Positions 48,217-57,111 of a stretch of 57,111 nucleotides of DNA are shown here, in pieces. The translations under genes were made by a program, and so were the position numbers. This DNA comes from a virus (taxonomy: Duplodnaviria; Caudoviricetes), in IMG/VR virus record IMGVR_UViG_3300037847_002035, positions 1 through 57,111 of that record; one strand, written 5' to 3'. How positions within the stretch are numbered: position 1 is the first letter of the stretch; each line of letters starts with the position of its first letter. The notes beneath the pieces were generated by a model. The model was given only the letters and a program-made list of their open reading frames with translations, was not told the DNA's origin and ran no database searches.

Positions 48217-49409
48217 TAGGATCTTTTAAGAATTTTCTGGTAGAAGAAGAAAAGACAGTCTTCTTCACGTGGGGTAGAATGAATCCACCCACTATTGGTC
48301 ATGAGAAACTATTGACTGTTCTCTCGCGCAAGGCAGGGAACAATCCGTACTTCGTTTACCTGTCACAATCCAGTGATCCAAAAAAGAATCCACTATCATA
48401 TAAAGATAAAATAAAAGTCGCACGTAAGATGTTCCCACGTCATGCACGTAGGATTATGTTGGACATGAAGATCAAAAATCTATTTGATCTGTTGACAAAA
48501 TTATATGATATGGGTTACAAGAATGTTACCATGGTTGTTGGTGCAGACCGCATCAATGAGTTTGATATTCTTATAAAAAAATATAATGCCAAGAAAGGCA
48601 AGCATGGTTTCTATAACTTTAGAAACATCAATGTAGTTTCTGCAGGAGACAGAGATCCAGATGCAGAAGGTGCAACAGGGATGTCTGCATCTAAGATGAG
48701 AGCGGCGGCAGGTAAAGGTGACTTCACAAGTTTTAGTCAGGGTTTACCAAAGACATTCTCTAACGCAGACGCAAAGAATTTATTCAACACAGTCCGTAAG
48801 GGTATGGGGTTGAAGGAACAGAAAGAATACAAAAATCATATACAATTGAACCCGATATCAGAGACGCGAGAACAATATGTGACTGGTGATCTCTATAGCG
48901 TTGGTGATAAGGTTATTGTAAAAGAATCAGATGAGGTTGGTAAGGTTACCCACCTAGGTGCTAATTATGTTATCGTAGAGAAAAGTAACGTGCAGAAAAG
49001 ATACTGGTTAGATGCAATAGAGTTGTTAGAGAAAACAAAAGTTGCCCAAGACCCAGATGTTAAAGACAAGAAGGGTACACAACCTAAGAAATATTTTAAA
49101 GGTCTTTCCAAGTCTACAAAAGATAAGAGAGACGCACACTTTGCTAAAGGTAAAAAGAAAGCAGATAATGATCCGTCTGCATACAAACCTGCACCAGGTG
49201 ATGCGGATGCCAAGACCAAACCGTCAAAGTATACAAAAGCATTTAAAGATATGTATGAAGAAGACGCACTGGCACGTGTTAAGAAAAAACATAAAAGAAT
49301 TAATGACGCAGAAAAAGTAAGCGATGCCGCACGAAAAGTTCAACAAGATAGAGAAATGGATCGTGCTCGTTTAACTGTTACAAAGCAAAAGAATAAGGAA
49401 ACAAAATGA
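48213..49409 (+). CDS. cytidylyltransferase-like (HIGH-family) nucleotidyltransferase with basic C-terminal extension
   Basis: GRMNPPTIGHEKL, VVGADR, SAG.RDPD, MSASKMR. Confidence 0.85.
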   Translation: MIGSFKNFLVEEEKTVFFTWGRMNPPTIGHEKLLTVLSRKAGNNPYFVYLSQSSDPKKNPLSYKDKIKVARKMFPRHARRIMLDMKIKNLFDLLTKLYDMGYKNVTMVVGADRINEFDILIKKYNAKKGKHGFYNFRNINVVSAGDRDPDAEGATGMSASKMRAAAGKGDFTSFSQGLPKTFSNADAKNLFNTVRKGMGLKEQKEYKNHIQLNPISETREQYVTGDLYSVGDKVIVKESDEVGKVTHLGANYVIVEKSNVQKRYWLDAIELLEKTKVAQDPDVKDKKGTQPKKYFKGLSKSTKDKRDAHFAKGKKKADNDPSAYKPAPGDADAKTKPSKYTKAFKDMYEEDALARVKKKHKRINDAEKVSDAARKVQQDREMDRARLTVTKQKNKETK

Positions 49410-49624
49410 GTTTTAGAAAATTCTATGATGGACATGAACAGTTGAATGAGGAAACTCCTTATGACCGTAAGCAGAAAGCAATGGTCGTAAATCTGTCTCA
49501 AGCATATCGCATGTTTATCTCTGGTATGAGAGATAACAATAAAACACGTATGAATAATGCAAAAAAGAGAATAACAGAAATAGAATCTAAATTAGGGTTA
49601 CCTGCACCAGGAGGAAGACTATGA
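49406..49624 (+). CDS. hypothetical protein
   Basis: 72-aa coupled ORF with AAGGA RBS. Confidence 0.7.
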   Translation: MSFRKFYDGHEQLNEETPYDRKQKAMVVNLSQAYRMFISGMRDNNKTRMNNAKKRITEIESKLGLPAPGGRL

Positions 49625-49863
49625 TAAAATTTAAAAATTATTTAGAAGAGGCAGATAAAGCAGGTAAGTCTATTGCAGACAAAGCAAAGAAGTCTGGTAT
49701 TTCTGCAAAGACTTTACGCACAGTTTTCAATAGAGGAAAAGCGGCATGGAAAACTGGTCATCGACCAGGTACAACTCCAGATCAATGGGGACATGCAAGA
49801 GTTAATGCATTCATTGTTAAGAAGAAAAAAGGTGGACTTAATCACGATAAGGATCTAGCATAA
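49621..49863 (+). CDS. small basic conserved phage protein
   Basis: RGKAAWKTGHRPG.T..QWG.ARVNAF. Confidence 0.75.
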   Translation: MIKFKNYLEEADKAGKSIADKAKKSGISAKTLRTVFNRGKAAWKTGHRPGTTPDQWGHARVNAFIVKKKKGGLNHDKDLA

Positions 49864-51062
49864 TGGATAAAAAAGATTTCAAACCACACATGATGTATGA
49901 TCCTAAAACTGGTAAGGGTTATATGGCAAAGAAATATGCCGATCACCTCAAGATGGACAAGATGGGTTATACTCACGACAAACCAGAGATGAAAGAGTTT
50001 CATGCAAAGGGTATGGAACCTAAGACTCGTAAACCACAAACAAAGAGTTCGACAAAATCTCAACTTGGAAAGATTAGTAAAGATGCTAATTCCTTCAAGA
50101 TTGTTCGAAGTAGAAAGTCTAGTCCTTCGTTGAGAAGAAAACTTGTCAACGGCATGGAGAACATGTGTTGCAAAAACTGTGGCGACATGTTTGGTAACCC
50201 CACTAAAGAGAACAAGTCTTGTCAATACGATGCATATGATCCAAATGGTAAGAATTGGACAGAAGCAAAGAAAGTAACAATTACACCCAAGATGCGGCAA
50301 CGAGCACTTGCAAGTCCTGCCGCAAGAGCAAAACCAAAGAGTCAAGTAAGTCTAAAGAAAGCACCTTGGGATAAGAAGAAAGAACAAACTGAGGCATTTG
50401 ACTTCAGGGTAAACATAGATGGGTTCCCAGAAATGTTTATGTCTGGCAACTCACCAGGTGAGGTCAAGACACACCTACGTAAGTTAATAAAGCAACCATC
50501 AATGATTCAATCAGTAGATCGAGTCACCAAACACGATAAGAAGAAACACCATCGTGATAAGGTAAATGAGGGATTGAAATACACTCATGCCGCAATAGAT
50601 AAAAGTGGTAAAGTGATTGGTATGGCATCACAAGAGTCTGACGCAAAAGATATGGCAAGAAGAAACAAAGGTAGAGTTGTGAAACTAAAAAAACCTATGT
50701 CAGACAAGAAGGGTGATATGATGATCAATCGCCCATTCAAAGAAGGTGCTATGAAACGTATGTCTACTGGTGACGGTATGAATACATTCAAAAAGAAACC
50801 ACCTGAAGTAAAGAAAGCAAATGAAAAGACATCTGGTAAAGTTGACTATGGTTCAGATGAGTCAATCAAGATAATGAAAAAGAAAACACCAGGTGAACAG
50901 AATGAACAGAATCGATTTACCACTATGGTCTTACCATCATTGCAAAGGGCAAAGAATAAATTAGCAAATATAAAGAAATCGGTGATGGGAACTAATCCTA
51001 CAGGTAACCAACAGCGTAAAAAATATGTACCAGGCATCAGGCAGAATATTAGGAACAAATAA
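49863..51062 (+). CDS. Lys-rich modular protein
   Basis: 399-aa coupled ORF made of short basic modules. Confidence 0.8.
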   Translation: MDKKDFKPHMMYDPKTGKGYMAKKYADHLKMDKMGYTHDKPEMKEFHAKGMEPKTRKPQTKSSTKSQLGKISKDANSFKIVRSRKSSPSLRRKLVNGMENMCCKNCGDMFGNPTKENKSCQYDAYDPNGKNWTEAKKVTITPKMRQRALASPAARAKPKSQVSLKKAPWDKKKEQTEAFDFRVNIDGFPEMFMSGNSPGEVKTHLRKLIKQPSMIQSVDRVTKHDKKKHHRDKVNEGLKYTHAAIDKSGKVIGMASQESDAKDMARRNKGRVVKLKKPMSDKKGDMMINRPFKEGAMKRMSTGDGMNTFKKKPPEVKKANEKTSGKVDYGSDESIKIMKKKTPGEQNEQNRFTTMVLPSLQRAKNKLANIKKSVMGTNPTGNQQRKKYVPGIRQNIRNK

Positions 51063-51412
51063 TGACAAATACATTTAAACAACATACGGCAGATAAGATT
51101 GATGAGATTTGTGAAGAATGTGATCTATACGATGACTTAGAATTAGTAGAGTCTGAGTATCAGGGTAAGAAGGTTACACTGAACAATCCAACTCGTGGTG
51201 GCAGTAAGAAGTTTTATGTTTATGTTAAGAACGAGAAAGGCAATGTTGTAAAGGTATCCTTCGGAGATCCTAATATGGAAATCAAACGCGATGATCCTGC
51301 TAGACGGAAATCGTTTCGAGCAAGGCACAACTGTGACAATCCAGGACCTAAATGGAAAGCAAGGTACTGGTCATGTTGGCAGTGGAGATCAGGAGCAAAA
51401 GTAGATAATTAA
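51062..51412 (+). CDS. conserved phage protein
   Basis: KVSFGDPNM.IKRDDP.RRKSFRARHNC...YWSC..W. Confidence 0.8.
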   Translation: MTNTFKQHTADKIDEICEECDLYDDLELVESEYQGKKVTLNNPTRGGSKKFYVYVKNEKGNVVKVSFGDPNMEIKRDDPARRKSFRARHNCDNPGPKWKARYWSCWQWRSGAKVDN

Positions 51413-51422
51413 GGATTGATAA

Positions 51423-51875
51423 ATGGCAACAAAGGTGAGTGAAAATACCGAGGTAGCATTACCACTTCGTAATATAATTAGTATGATTGCAGGTGCATCA
51501 ATTGCAACATGGGCATACTTTGGTATTGTAGAAAGACTAAATCAAATTGAAACTAACCAGACTATGATGAAGGCAGACTTAGAAATGAATACTGAATTCA
51601 GAATTAAGTGGCCTCGTGGAGAAATGGGTTCATTACCTGCAGACAGTGAACAATTTATGTTAATTGAACACTTAGCAAATGAACTTGATAAACTAACAGA
51701 CGAAATCGAAAGCGGTCAAGCACCGTTTGACCAACAACAAAAACTAACATTGGAGTTTTATGAGAAGCGAATAAACCAACTTGAAGAAGCACACGAAAAG
51801 ATACGTAACGATATAATGGACATGGTACACGAAATGAACGGCATGAAACCCAGTGGAAGACATAATGGACATTAG
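51423..51875 (+). CDS. membrane-anchored coiled-coil protein
   Basis: N-terminal TM helix, WPRG..GSLPAD, heptads. Confidence 0.75.
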   Translation: MATKVSENTEVALPLRNIISMIAGASIATWAYFGIVERLNQIETNQTMMKADLEMNTEFRIKWPRGEMGSLPADSEQFMLIEHLANELDKLTDEIESGQAPFDQQQKLTLEFYEKRINQLEEAHEKIRNDIMDMVHEMNGMKPSGRHNGH

Positions 51876-51877
51876 AT

Positions 51878-52135
51878 ATGGTAATAGAAGCATTCATTCT
51901 TTTAATGTGGTTCGGAAACCCGATGGAATTAAAAGAGTATACAGTTCGTGATGGATTAGGTGATTGCTTAAAAGCAAAAAGAACTATTGAAAGAACCTTG
52001 CGAGGCGGTAAGTCTAGCGAATATACAGGTTCTGTTCGACTGGGTTGTAAAGAACTCAAAGTCGAAGTTAGTGATGATGGTCTGTACATCATAAGAAACT
52101 TTATTGATGCAGATCCCAAAGAACTAAACCCATAA
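51878..52135 (+). CDS. small putatively exported two-Cys protein
   Basis: hydrophobic N-terminus, DCLKAKR...GC. Confidence 0.7.
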   Translation: MVIEAFILLMWFGNPMELKEYTVRDGLGDCLKAKRTIERTLRGGKSSEYTGSVRLGCKELKVEVSDDGLYIIRNFIDADPKELNP

Positions 52136-52147
52136 GAAAGAAGGGCA

Positions 52148-52426
52148 ATGGCAGATACGACATCAGATCGTCTAGTACGAATAGAACAAAAATTAGAACG
52201 AATGGAAACCGTACTCATTGCGATTGCTCGTTTTGAGGAAAAGATGGATGCTTATAATGAGTATCGTGAAAGATCATGGGAACGTATGAACAAGTTCTCA
52301 GAAAAACTCGATAATATCGAGAAGAAAGTAAACGAAAACGCCCATACAGTTGGCATTATAAATAAAGTAGTATATGCCGCTGTTGTAGCGGCAGTAGGGA
52401 CTTATGTCGCCCACATGTGGATGTAA
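52148..52426 (+). CDS. coiled-coil protein with C-terminal TM helix (XhlA/holin-like architecture)
   Basis: RLVRIEQKLE heptads plus C-terminal hydrophobic helix. Confidence 0.6.
   Translation: MADTTSDRLVRIEQKLERMETVLIAIARFEEKMDAYNEYRERSWERMNKFSEKLDNIEKKVNENAHTVGIINKVVYAAVVAAVGTYVAHMWM
52357..52364 (+). promoter_or_regulatory. T4-type late promoter
   Basis: TATAAATA about 75 nt upstream of 52439. Confidence 0.55.
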
Positions 52427-52438
52427 AAGGAGACACGG

Positions 52439-52963
52439 ATGTTTAAGAACATATTCAATGAGTGGACTAAGGCACAGACTGAAGTCCCAGAAGATTTAGA
52501 AGAAAAGAAACTAAAAGGTGACCAACATGAGTTGGATACTGATAAGGATGGCGATATCGATGCCAAAGATTTTAAAAACCTTCGTACAAAAAATAAGAAA
52601 AAGAAAAAAGACAAAGACGAAGGGGACATCGAAATGAATCCAAAGATGGACAAAGGTGCACCGACAGAGCAAAAAGAATCTCGTATTCGAACTGCACTGA
52701 AAAGTGTTTTGTCTGAGAAGAGTCCTACTGCAGGAGCAACTAAACCTGAAACTATGGATGACAAGTTAAAAGGTAAAGGTGCCAAGGATATGGCAAACGA
52801 ACCAAAGGAAACAGATGACACTGTAACAAAAGGTCATGACGATGTATCCAAAGCAGGTAAAGTTACTAAAGCGGCAGGGCAAAGAAACGGTGGAGATCAA
52901 GTTCGCTCTGGAGATCAGAACGTAGTGAACTCCGTAGTAAAAGCATTAAAGGGAATGAAGTAA
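52439..52963 (+). CDS. hypothetical protein with EF-hand-like loop
   Basis: LDTDKDGDIDAKDF. Confidence 0.75.
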   Translation: MFKNIFNEWTKAQTEVPEDLEEKKLKGDQHELDTDKDGDIDAKDFKNLRTKNKKKKKDKDEGDIEMNPKMDKGAPTEQKESRIRTALKSVLSEKSPTAGATKPETMDDKLKGKGAKDMANEPKETDDTVTKGHDDVSKAGKVTKAAGQRNGGDQVRSGDQNVVNSVVKALKGMK

Positions 52964-53271
52964 TGGCAGTACACCCACCATCACATGCCAAAGATGCTGT
53001 ACCAACTCCTTCGGGTTGGCGACATCCAAAAACAAATGAACTTCTGAAAGCACAGAAGATGACAGATGCTCAGATCAATGAGTATCTTGGTGTTGCAGAA
53101 CCAGTAACGTTGACAGAGTCTCCAACAACTGAGACTGAGTTTGCGGAAGAGCATTTGGAAGACATGACTAAGGTCGAACTAGAAGAACTAGGTCGAGAAC
53201 ATGGTATTGAATTAGATCGAAGAAAGAAGAAATCTACTCTGGTCGAAAGAGTTAAGAACATCTTACCATAA
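52963..53271 (+). CDS. hypothetical protein with Rho-N/HeH-like C-terminus
   Basis: MTKVELEELGREHGIELDRRKKKSTLV. Confidence 0.7.
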   Translation: MAVHPPSHAKDAVPTPSGWRHPKTNELLKAQKMTDAQINEYLGVAEPVTLTESPTTETEFAEEHLEDMTKVELEELGREHGIELDRRKKKSTLVERVKNILP

Positions 53272-53285
53272 TATATAATATTGTT

Positions 53286-53645
53286 ATGGATCAATTGAAT
53301 AAATCAAACTTGATGCTATATGCGGCAAGACATTATTATAACCCTCGGTTCTCTGACATAGAAGAGTTCAACGAGGATTTGAAAAGGTTTAAATATGTCA
53401 AGCGTTTATTGAATCGTTATCTGGATGAAGGTAATCTTTCTGAACGCTTGATACTAAACCACCTGATAGTTATCTTTAATGTCTTTGGCATAGAACCATC
53501 GATAAACATGATGAGAGTAAAGTTAGACGAAAGGCACTGGTCAGTAATAAAACCCTTTTTAGTTTTTCTAAGATATATTACTAATGATCAACTTGTGGGA
53601 ATAACTATGGACGCAAAGGTAGTAGAGGCACTAAGGAAAATATAA
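53286..53645 (+). CDS. conserved T4-like protein
   Basis: YA..HY.NP, EF.EDLKRFKY.KRL, RLILNH. Confidence 0.8.
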   Translation: MDQLNKSNLMLYAARHYYNPRFSDIEEFNEDLKRFKYVKRLLNRYLDEGNLSERLILNHLIVIFNVFGIEPSINMMRVKLDERHWSVIKPFLVFLRYITNDQLVGITMDAKVVEALRKI

Positions 53646-54232
53646 TGGGTATTCTAAAATCTGCGGCAGATACAGTCTATGCTTTTCGTTTTATACGAAT
53701 GCTTGTAATGAAATGGGAAAACTGGGACGCATACAAAGAAGGTATTATTGATGCTAACGGAAAGAGAGTAAAGGGTGTTACGATCAACACTTCTGAGAAA
53801 CAGTCTGCTTGGACTCCTTTCATTCGCTTGTGCGCTAACGTTAAAAGGTTGTTATCAAAAGTACCAGGAGGGGGAACTAAACTCGGAAGTTTTGCGGCAG
53901 CACTCTTTCTCATTAAGGAAAAGACAGGAATAACAGATTCTCAATTAAAAAAGATTTGTGAAGAATTCAACATAGAACCACTAGACTTTTTGAACGAGAA
54001 CAGCGAATGGTTTGTATTAGAGGATAGGCAACTATCACCAGGTGTGTATAGGATTGCTAATGAAAAGGCAGTGAACAGTAGCATTGAAGTTATTTGCAAA
54101 CCGAAAGATCAGATACGTGTGTTAGACGAAGCGTATCCAGTTGGTGATGTATTTGGAGTTGACATCTATGAAGCAACCCACATGAGGACGAACCAGAAAA
54201 TTTACATTACTATAAACGAGATATCAAAATGA
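53645..54232 (+). CDS. conserved T4-like protein
   Basis: AYK.GIID..G, KRLL.KVP, AAALFLIKE. Confidence 0.8.
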   Translation: MGILKSAADTVYAFRFIRMLVMKWENWDAYKEGIIDANGKRVKGVTINTSEKQSAWTPFIRLCANVKRLLSKVPGGGTKLGSFAAALFLIKEKTGITDSQLKKICEEFNIEPLDFLNENSEWFVLEDRQLSPGVYRIANEKAVNSSIEVICKPKDQIRVLDEAYPVGDVFGVDIYEATHMRTNQKIYITINEISK

Positions 54233-55014
54233 GTTTAACAGTAGCAAAAAATAGACAAAGACTTCTAAAGAAAATGGGTTTGAATAAACCTAAACCTAAA
54301 GAACAAGATGAAGCATGTTGGCAAGGATACAAAGAAGTCGGTATGAAGAAGAAGGGTAACAAGATGGTTCCCAATTGTGTGCCAGAGGGTAAAGCAAAGG
54401 TAGACGAACTGTCTTTGAGTGTGAAAGATATTAGAAAATCTGGTCTTAGAAAAACCACTGATACAGATAAACTCAAGAAAGAATTAGAAGATCTAAAAAA
54501 ACTTTTAAAACAAAAAAATATCAAGGTTAGGGAATCATTCATGTCCCGAAGACCTGGTAATCAAATGTCAGACTTGTATAAACTATACAAACTGGCAATC
54601 AAAGCAATGCCAGGATCTGCAAAGCAAAAAGAACTCAAGAAGAGAATTGCCGCGTTGAGAAAAGAACTCAAGTTGGATGAGAAACTAGGAAAGAACGCAG
54701 ATGCAGGTGATTACATAGATGACTTCAAAAAGTCAGATGCACCACAGTTCAAAGGTAAGTCTGATAAGAAGAAAAAAGACATGGCAATTGCGGCATACCT
54801 AGATGCAAAAGAAAAGGGAAAAATAAAAGAAGACGTACCTGCCAATAGCACTGCAGATATACCTGATCCAAAAGATACTGTTCAAGGTCCTCGAAAAAAG
54901 AAAGACAAGAACAAACCTCAGTTAGTTGTTGATCGAAGATATACAAAGAAGGTTGGACAACCAGTCTTATTGAAAAGGTTTCGTGACTACAATACAGATA
55001 AAGGTATATCATGA
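54229..55014 (+). CDS. Lys-rich modular protein
   Basis: CWQGY..VGMKKKG.KMVPNCVP and DF.KSDAPQFKGKS..K...MAIAAY modules. Confidence 0.8.
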   Translation: MSLTVAKNRQRLLKKMGLNKPKPKEQDEACWQGYKEVGMKKKGNKMVPNCVPEGKAKVDELSLSVKDIRKSGLRKTTDTDKLKKELEDLKKLLKQKNIKVRESFMSRRPGNQMSDLYKLYKLAIKAMPGSAKQKELKKRIAALRKELKLDEKLGKNADAGDYIDDFKKSDAPQFKGKSDKKKKDMAIAAYLDAKEKGKIKEDVPANSTADIPDPKDTVQGPRKKKDKNKPQLVVDRRYTKKVGQPVLLKRFRDYNTDKGIS

Positions 55015-55017
55015 TCC

Positions 55018-56508
55018 ATGAGTCGTATTCGAGACATTGCTTCAATACTGTCAAACACAGAGCAAGCGAACCCAGATAACAATGCTATAGATGCTTCTAC
55101 AGGTGCAAGCACTAGAACGTCAGTTTTTACTTCTTTGGACTCTCTACCTATAACTGGTTTGTCATCTGGTCAACAAGCATTCATCACTTCAACCAATAGA
55201 CTTTATGTTTCTAATGGATCTGGTTGGTACAATACCGCATTAATAAGCGCAGATCCTAATTGGGATTCTTCTCCACTTACTGAATATACTATTGTTGACT
55301 CAGTAACACCTCTCGTCATTATAGCAAAAGCAACAGACTCAGATAATATAAATTTATTAAATCAAAGTGTGGCAAGTGACTCTGCCCAGTACATGGTTGA
55401 CATAACCATAGATTCTTCAGTATTTACATTTACTCCAAAGAGTGCTGATTCTGTAGGAGAAGCAGTCGTTGCAGGTAATCTAACAGATTCTAATGGTGAT
55501 TTTATTTACACGTTTAAGTGGTCGGATGGCGTTAACTTTGTCACTCAACAAGCAACCATAACTTATAGTCCTGCAAGTGCGACAGGTATTTCTTATCTTG
55601 GCACTAGAGGTTTTCATGCAGGTGGTAATGGTAGCACTTTCAATATCGGTTATTTCGATATAACCACTAGTGCGAATACTGCATACTTTGGTGACATGCA
55701 AGGTAAGTTTTCTCAGATGGGTGGAGTAGGTGATGGTGCTAGAATAGTAACTATGGGTGGTTATGATAATAACAAATCTCCTCCAAGATCAGATCAAATT
55801 CAATATTGGGCATCCGCAACCACAGGTAATGCTTTAGACTTCGGAAATCTTACGCAGGTAAAAGAAAAGACTGATGGTGTGGTAGGCGATGCTACTAGGG
55901 CAGTTGTTGGCGGTGGATATGGTGCTTCTAGTTCAGTTGTAAATGAGATGGATTATATCACTATTCAAACGACAGGCAATGCTCAAGACTTTGGAGATCT
56001 TACTCAGGCACGTGATGAGATTGGTAATACGAATGATGCTACACGTGGTGTTTTTATACAAGGGGAAATCTCAGGTCAGGTAAACACCCAAGATTATATT
56101 ACAGTTCAAACGACAGGTAATGCAACAAGTTTTGGTAATGCTACTCATTCTGTGTATGGATGTCATTCAGGTATTTGTGCCGATGAAACAAGAGGTCTGT
56201 ACATGGGTGGTATAACTTCAGGAAATAGTTATGCATGGGATACGATAGAGTACGTAGTTATACAGACTACAGGTAGTGCTACAGATTTTGGTAATATGGA
56301 TAACGGTAGAAGTAATGTTATGGCATGTAGCGATGGAACGACAGGTGTGATAATGGGTGGTTTTGCATATCCTACAGGTCCTTCTACTCAACATATACAA
56401 AAAGTAACTATACAAACCACAGGTAATGCAACCGATTTTGGTGGAGACATTTATGGATCTGGAAGCAATACGCAGGATGGTGCAGGAATGTCAGGGAATG
56501 CCGCATGA
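55018..56508 (+). CDS. virion structural/tail-fibre-like protein with repeat (beta-propeller-like) C-terminus
   Basis: Gly/Thr/Ser-rich; six TTGNAxDFG-type repeats. Confidence 0.75.
   Translation: MSRIRDIASILSNTEQANPDNNAIDASTGASTRTSVFTSLDSLPITGLSSGQQAFITSTNRLYVSNGSGWYNTALISADPNWDSSPLTEYTIVDSVTPLVIIAKATDSDNINLLNQSVASDSAQYMVDITIDSSVFTFTPKSADSVGEAVVAGNLTDSNGDFIYTFKWSDGVNFVTQQATITYSPASATGISYLGTRGFHAGGNGSTFNIGYFDITTSANTAYFGDMQGKFSQMGGVGDGARIVTMGGYDNNKSPPRSDQIQYWASATTGNALDFGNLTQVKEKTDGVVGDATRAVVGGGYGASSSVVNEMDYITIQTTGNAQDFGDLTQARDEIGNTNDATRGVFIQGEISGQVNTQDYITVQTTGNATSFGNATHSVYGCHSGICADETRGLYMGGITSGNSYAWDTIEYVVIQTTGSATDFGNMDNGRSNVMACSDGTTGVIMGGFAYPTGPSTQHIQKVTIQTTGNATDFGGDIYGSGSNTQDGAGMSGNAA
55198..55225 (+). 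repeat. 28-bp direct repeat, copy 1
   Basis: AGACTTTATGTTTCTAATGGATCTGGTT, identical at 56721-56748. Confidence 0.85.
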
Positions 56509-57111
56509 CCGTTAGTAAAGCAAGAAACATAGCAACCTTCTTAGGTAGAACAGATAGTGCGAACCCGAATGAACTTCGCCTTTTGCACACTGGTGAACTT
56601 ACAGGTATTGATAGTGACACTGTTCTCAGTATAAATGGAGTTCAATTTTTTAATACTTTAGACTCACTTCCTGTTAGTAATTTACGAGAAGGACAGCAAG
56701 CATTTGTTGATGAAAGTAAAAGACTTTATGTTTCTAATGGATCTGGTTACTATAATGCATTAACAGTGAACAATGCACCTTTTTGGGATTCCGTACCGCT
56801 TGATGAATATACTATAGTTGATTCAGCAACACCTCTGATCATCAAAGCAGATCCTGGTGACTCTGATGGAACCGAATTATTTATCAACCAGAGTTTCGGA
56901 TCTGACTCTGCACAATTCATGGCAACAGTAACTAATGACTCATCCGTATTTACGTTTACCCCAAAGACCAAAGCAGAGATCGCAAGTGCAGTCGCGGCAG
57001 GAAATCTCACAGATTCTGATGGAGATTTTACATACACATTCAAATGGTCTGACGGTATAAACTTTGTTGCTAAAGCGGCAAACATAATTTACAATACCGC
57101 TTCTACTGCTT
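56505..57111 (+). CDS. paralogous virion protein, 3'-truncated by the window
   Basis: ATGA overlap; MTVSKARNIA...LDSLP...RLYVSNGSG...FTFTPK...YTFKWSDG.NFV matches the N-terminus of the previous gene. Confidence 0.85.
   Translation, partial: MTVSKARNIATFLGRTDSANPNELRLLHTGELTGIDSDTVLSINGVQFFNTLDSLPVSNLREGQQAFVDESKRLYVSNGSGYYNALTVNNAPFWDSVPLDEYTIVDSATPLIIKADPGDSDGTELFINQSFGSDSAQFMATVTNDSSVFTFTPKTKAEIASAVAAGNLTDSDGDFTYTFKWSDGINFVAKAANIIYNTASTA
56721..56748 (+). repeat. 28-bp direct repeat, copy 2
   Basis: identical to 55198-55225. Confidence 0.85.

Noticed and set aside
55600-56508. CRISPR array or diversity-generating retroelement repeats
   Set aside because: The repeats are degenerate, in-frame protein repeats; no spacers, cas genes or reverse transcriptase were seen
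56750-57085. Minus-strand 111-aa ORF, and the many similar short antisense ORFs in the track
   Set aside because: These are shadows of well-supported genes on the opposite strand

Overview
This window is a 57 kb segment of a large T4-like (myovirus-type) phage genome. Several cues point to an alphaproteobacterial, probably marine Rhodobacterales-like, host: a two-piece tmRNA with an ANDNF... tag, a DUF1127 gene, a ROSE thermometer on hsp20 and a COX-IV-like peptide. Bases 1-11.2 kb hold an exceptional cluster of eight radical SAM (rSAM) enzymes in two convergent operons, plus two oxygenase/cupin genes and three unknown proteins; the minus-strand operon has a T4 late promoter. Bases 11.2-36.6 kb hold the T4 core replication/recombination module (uvsY, uvsW, g55, g47, g46, g45, g44, g62, regA, g43, uvsX, g41, thyX), interspersed with accessory genes (Hsp20, GH19 lysin, Dam-like MTase, nucleotide-sugar enzymes, PMM). 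Bases 36.6-45.2 kb are an accessory region with a permuted tmRNA whose intervening segment carries an ORF, and two AT-rich cassettes, one resembling a restriction-modification pair. Bases 45.2-57.1 kb are a late-promoter region of proteins with T4 capsid-targeting-like N-termini, followed by tandem tail/virion proteins. RGCY tetramers appear almost absent throughout. All calls come from motif recognition by eye; no database searches were run.
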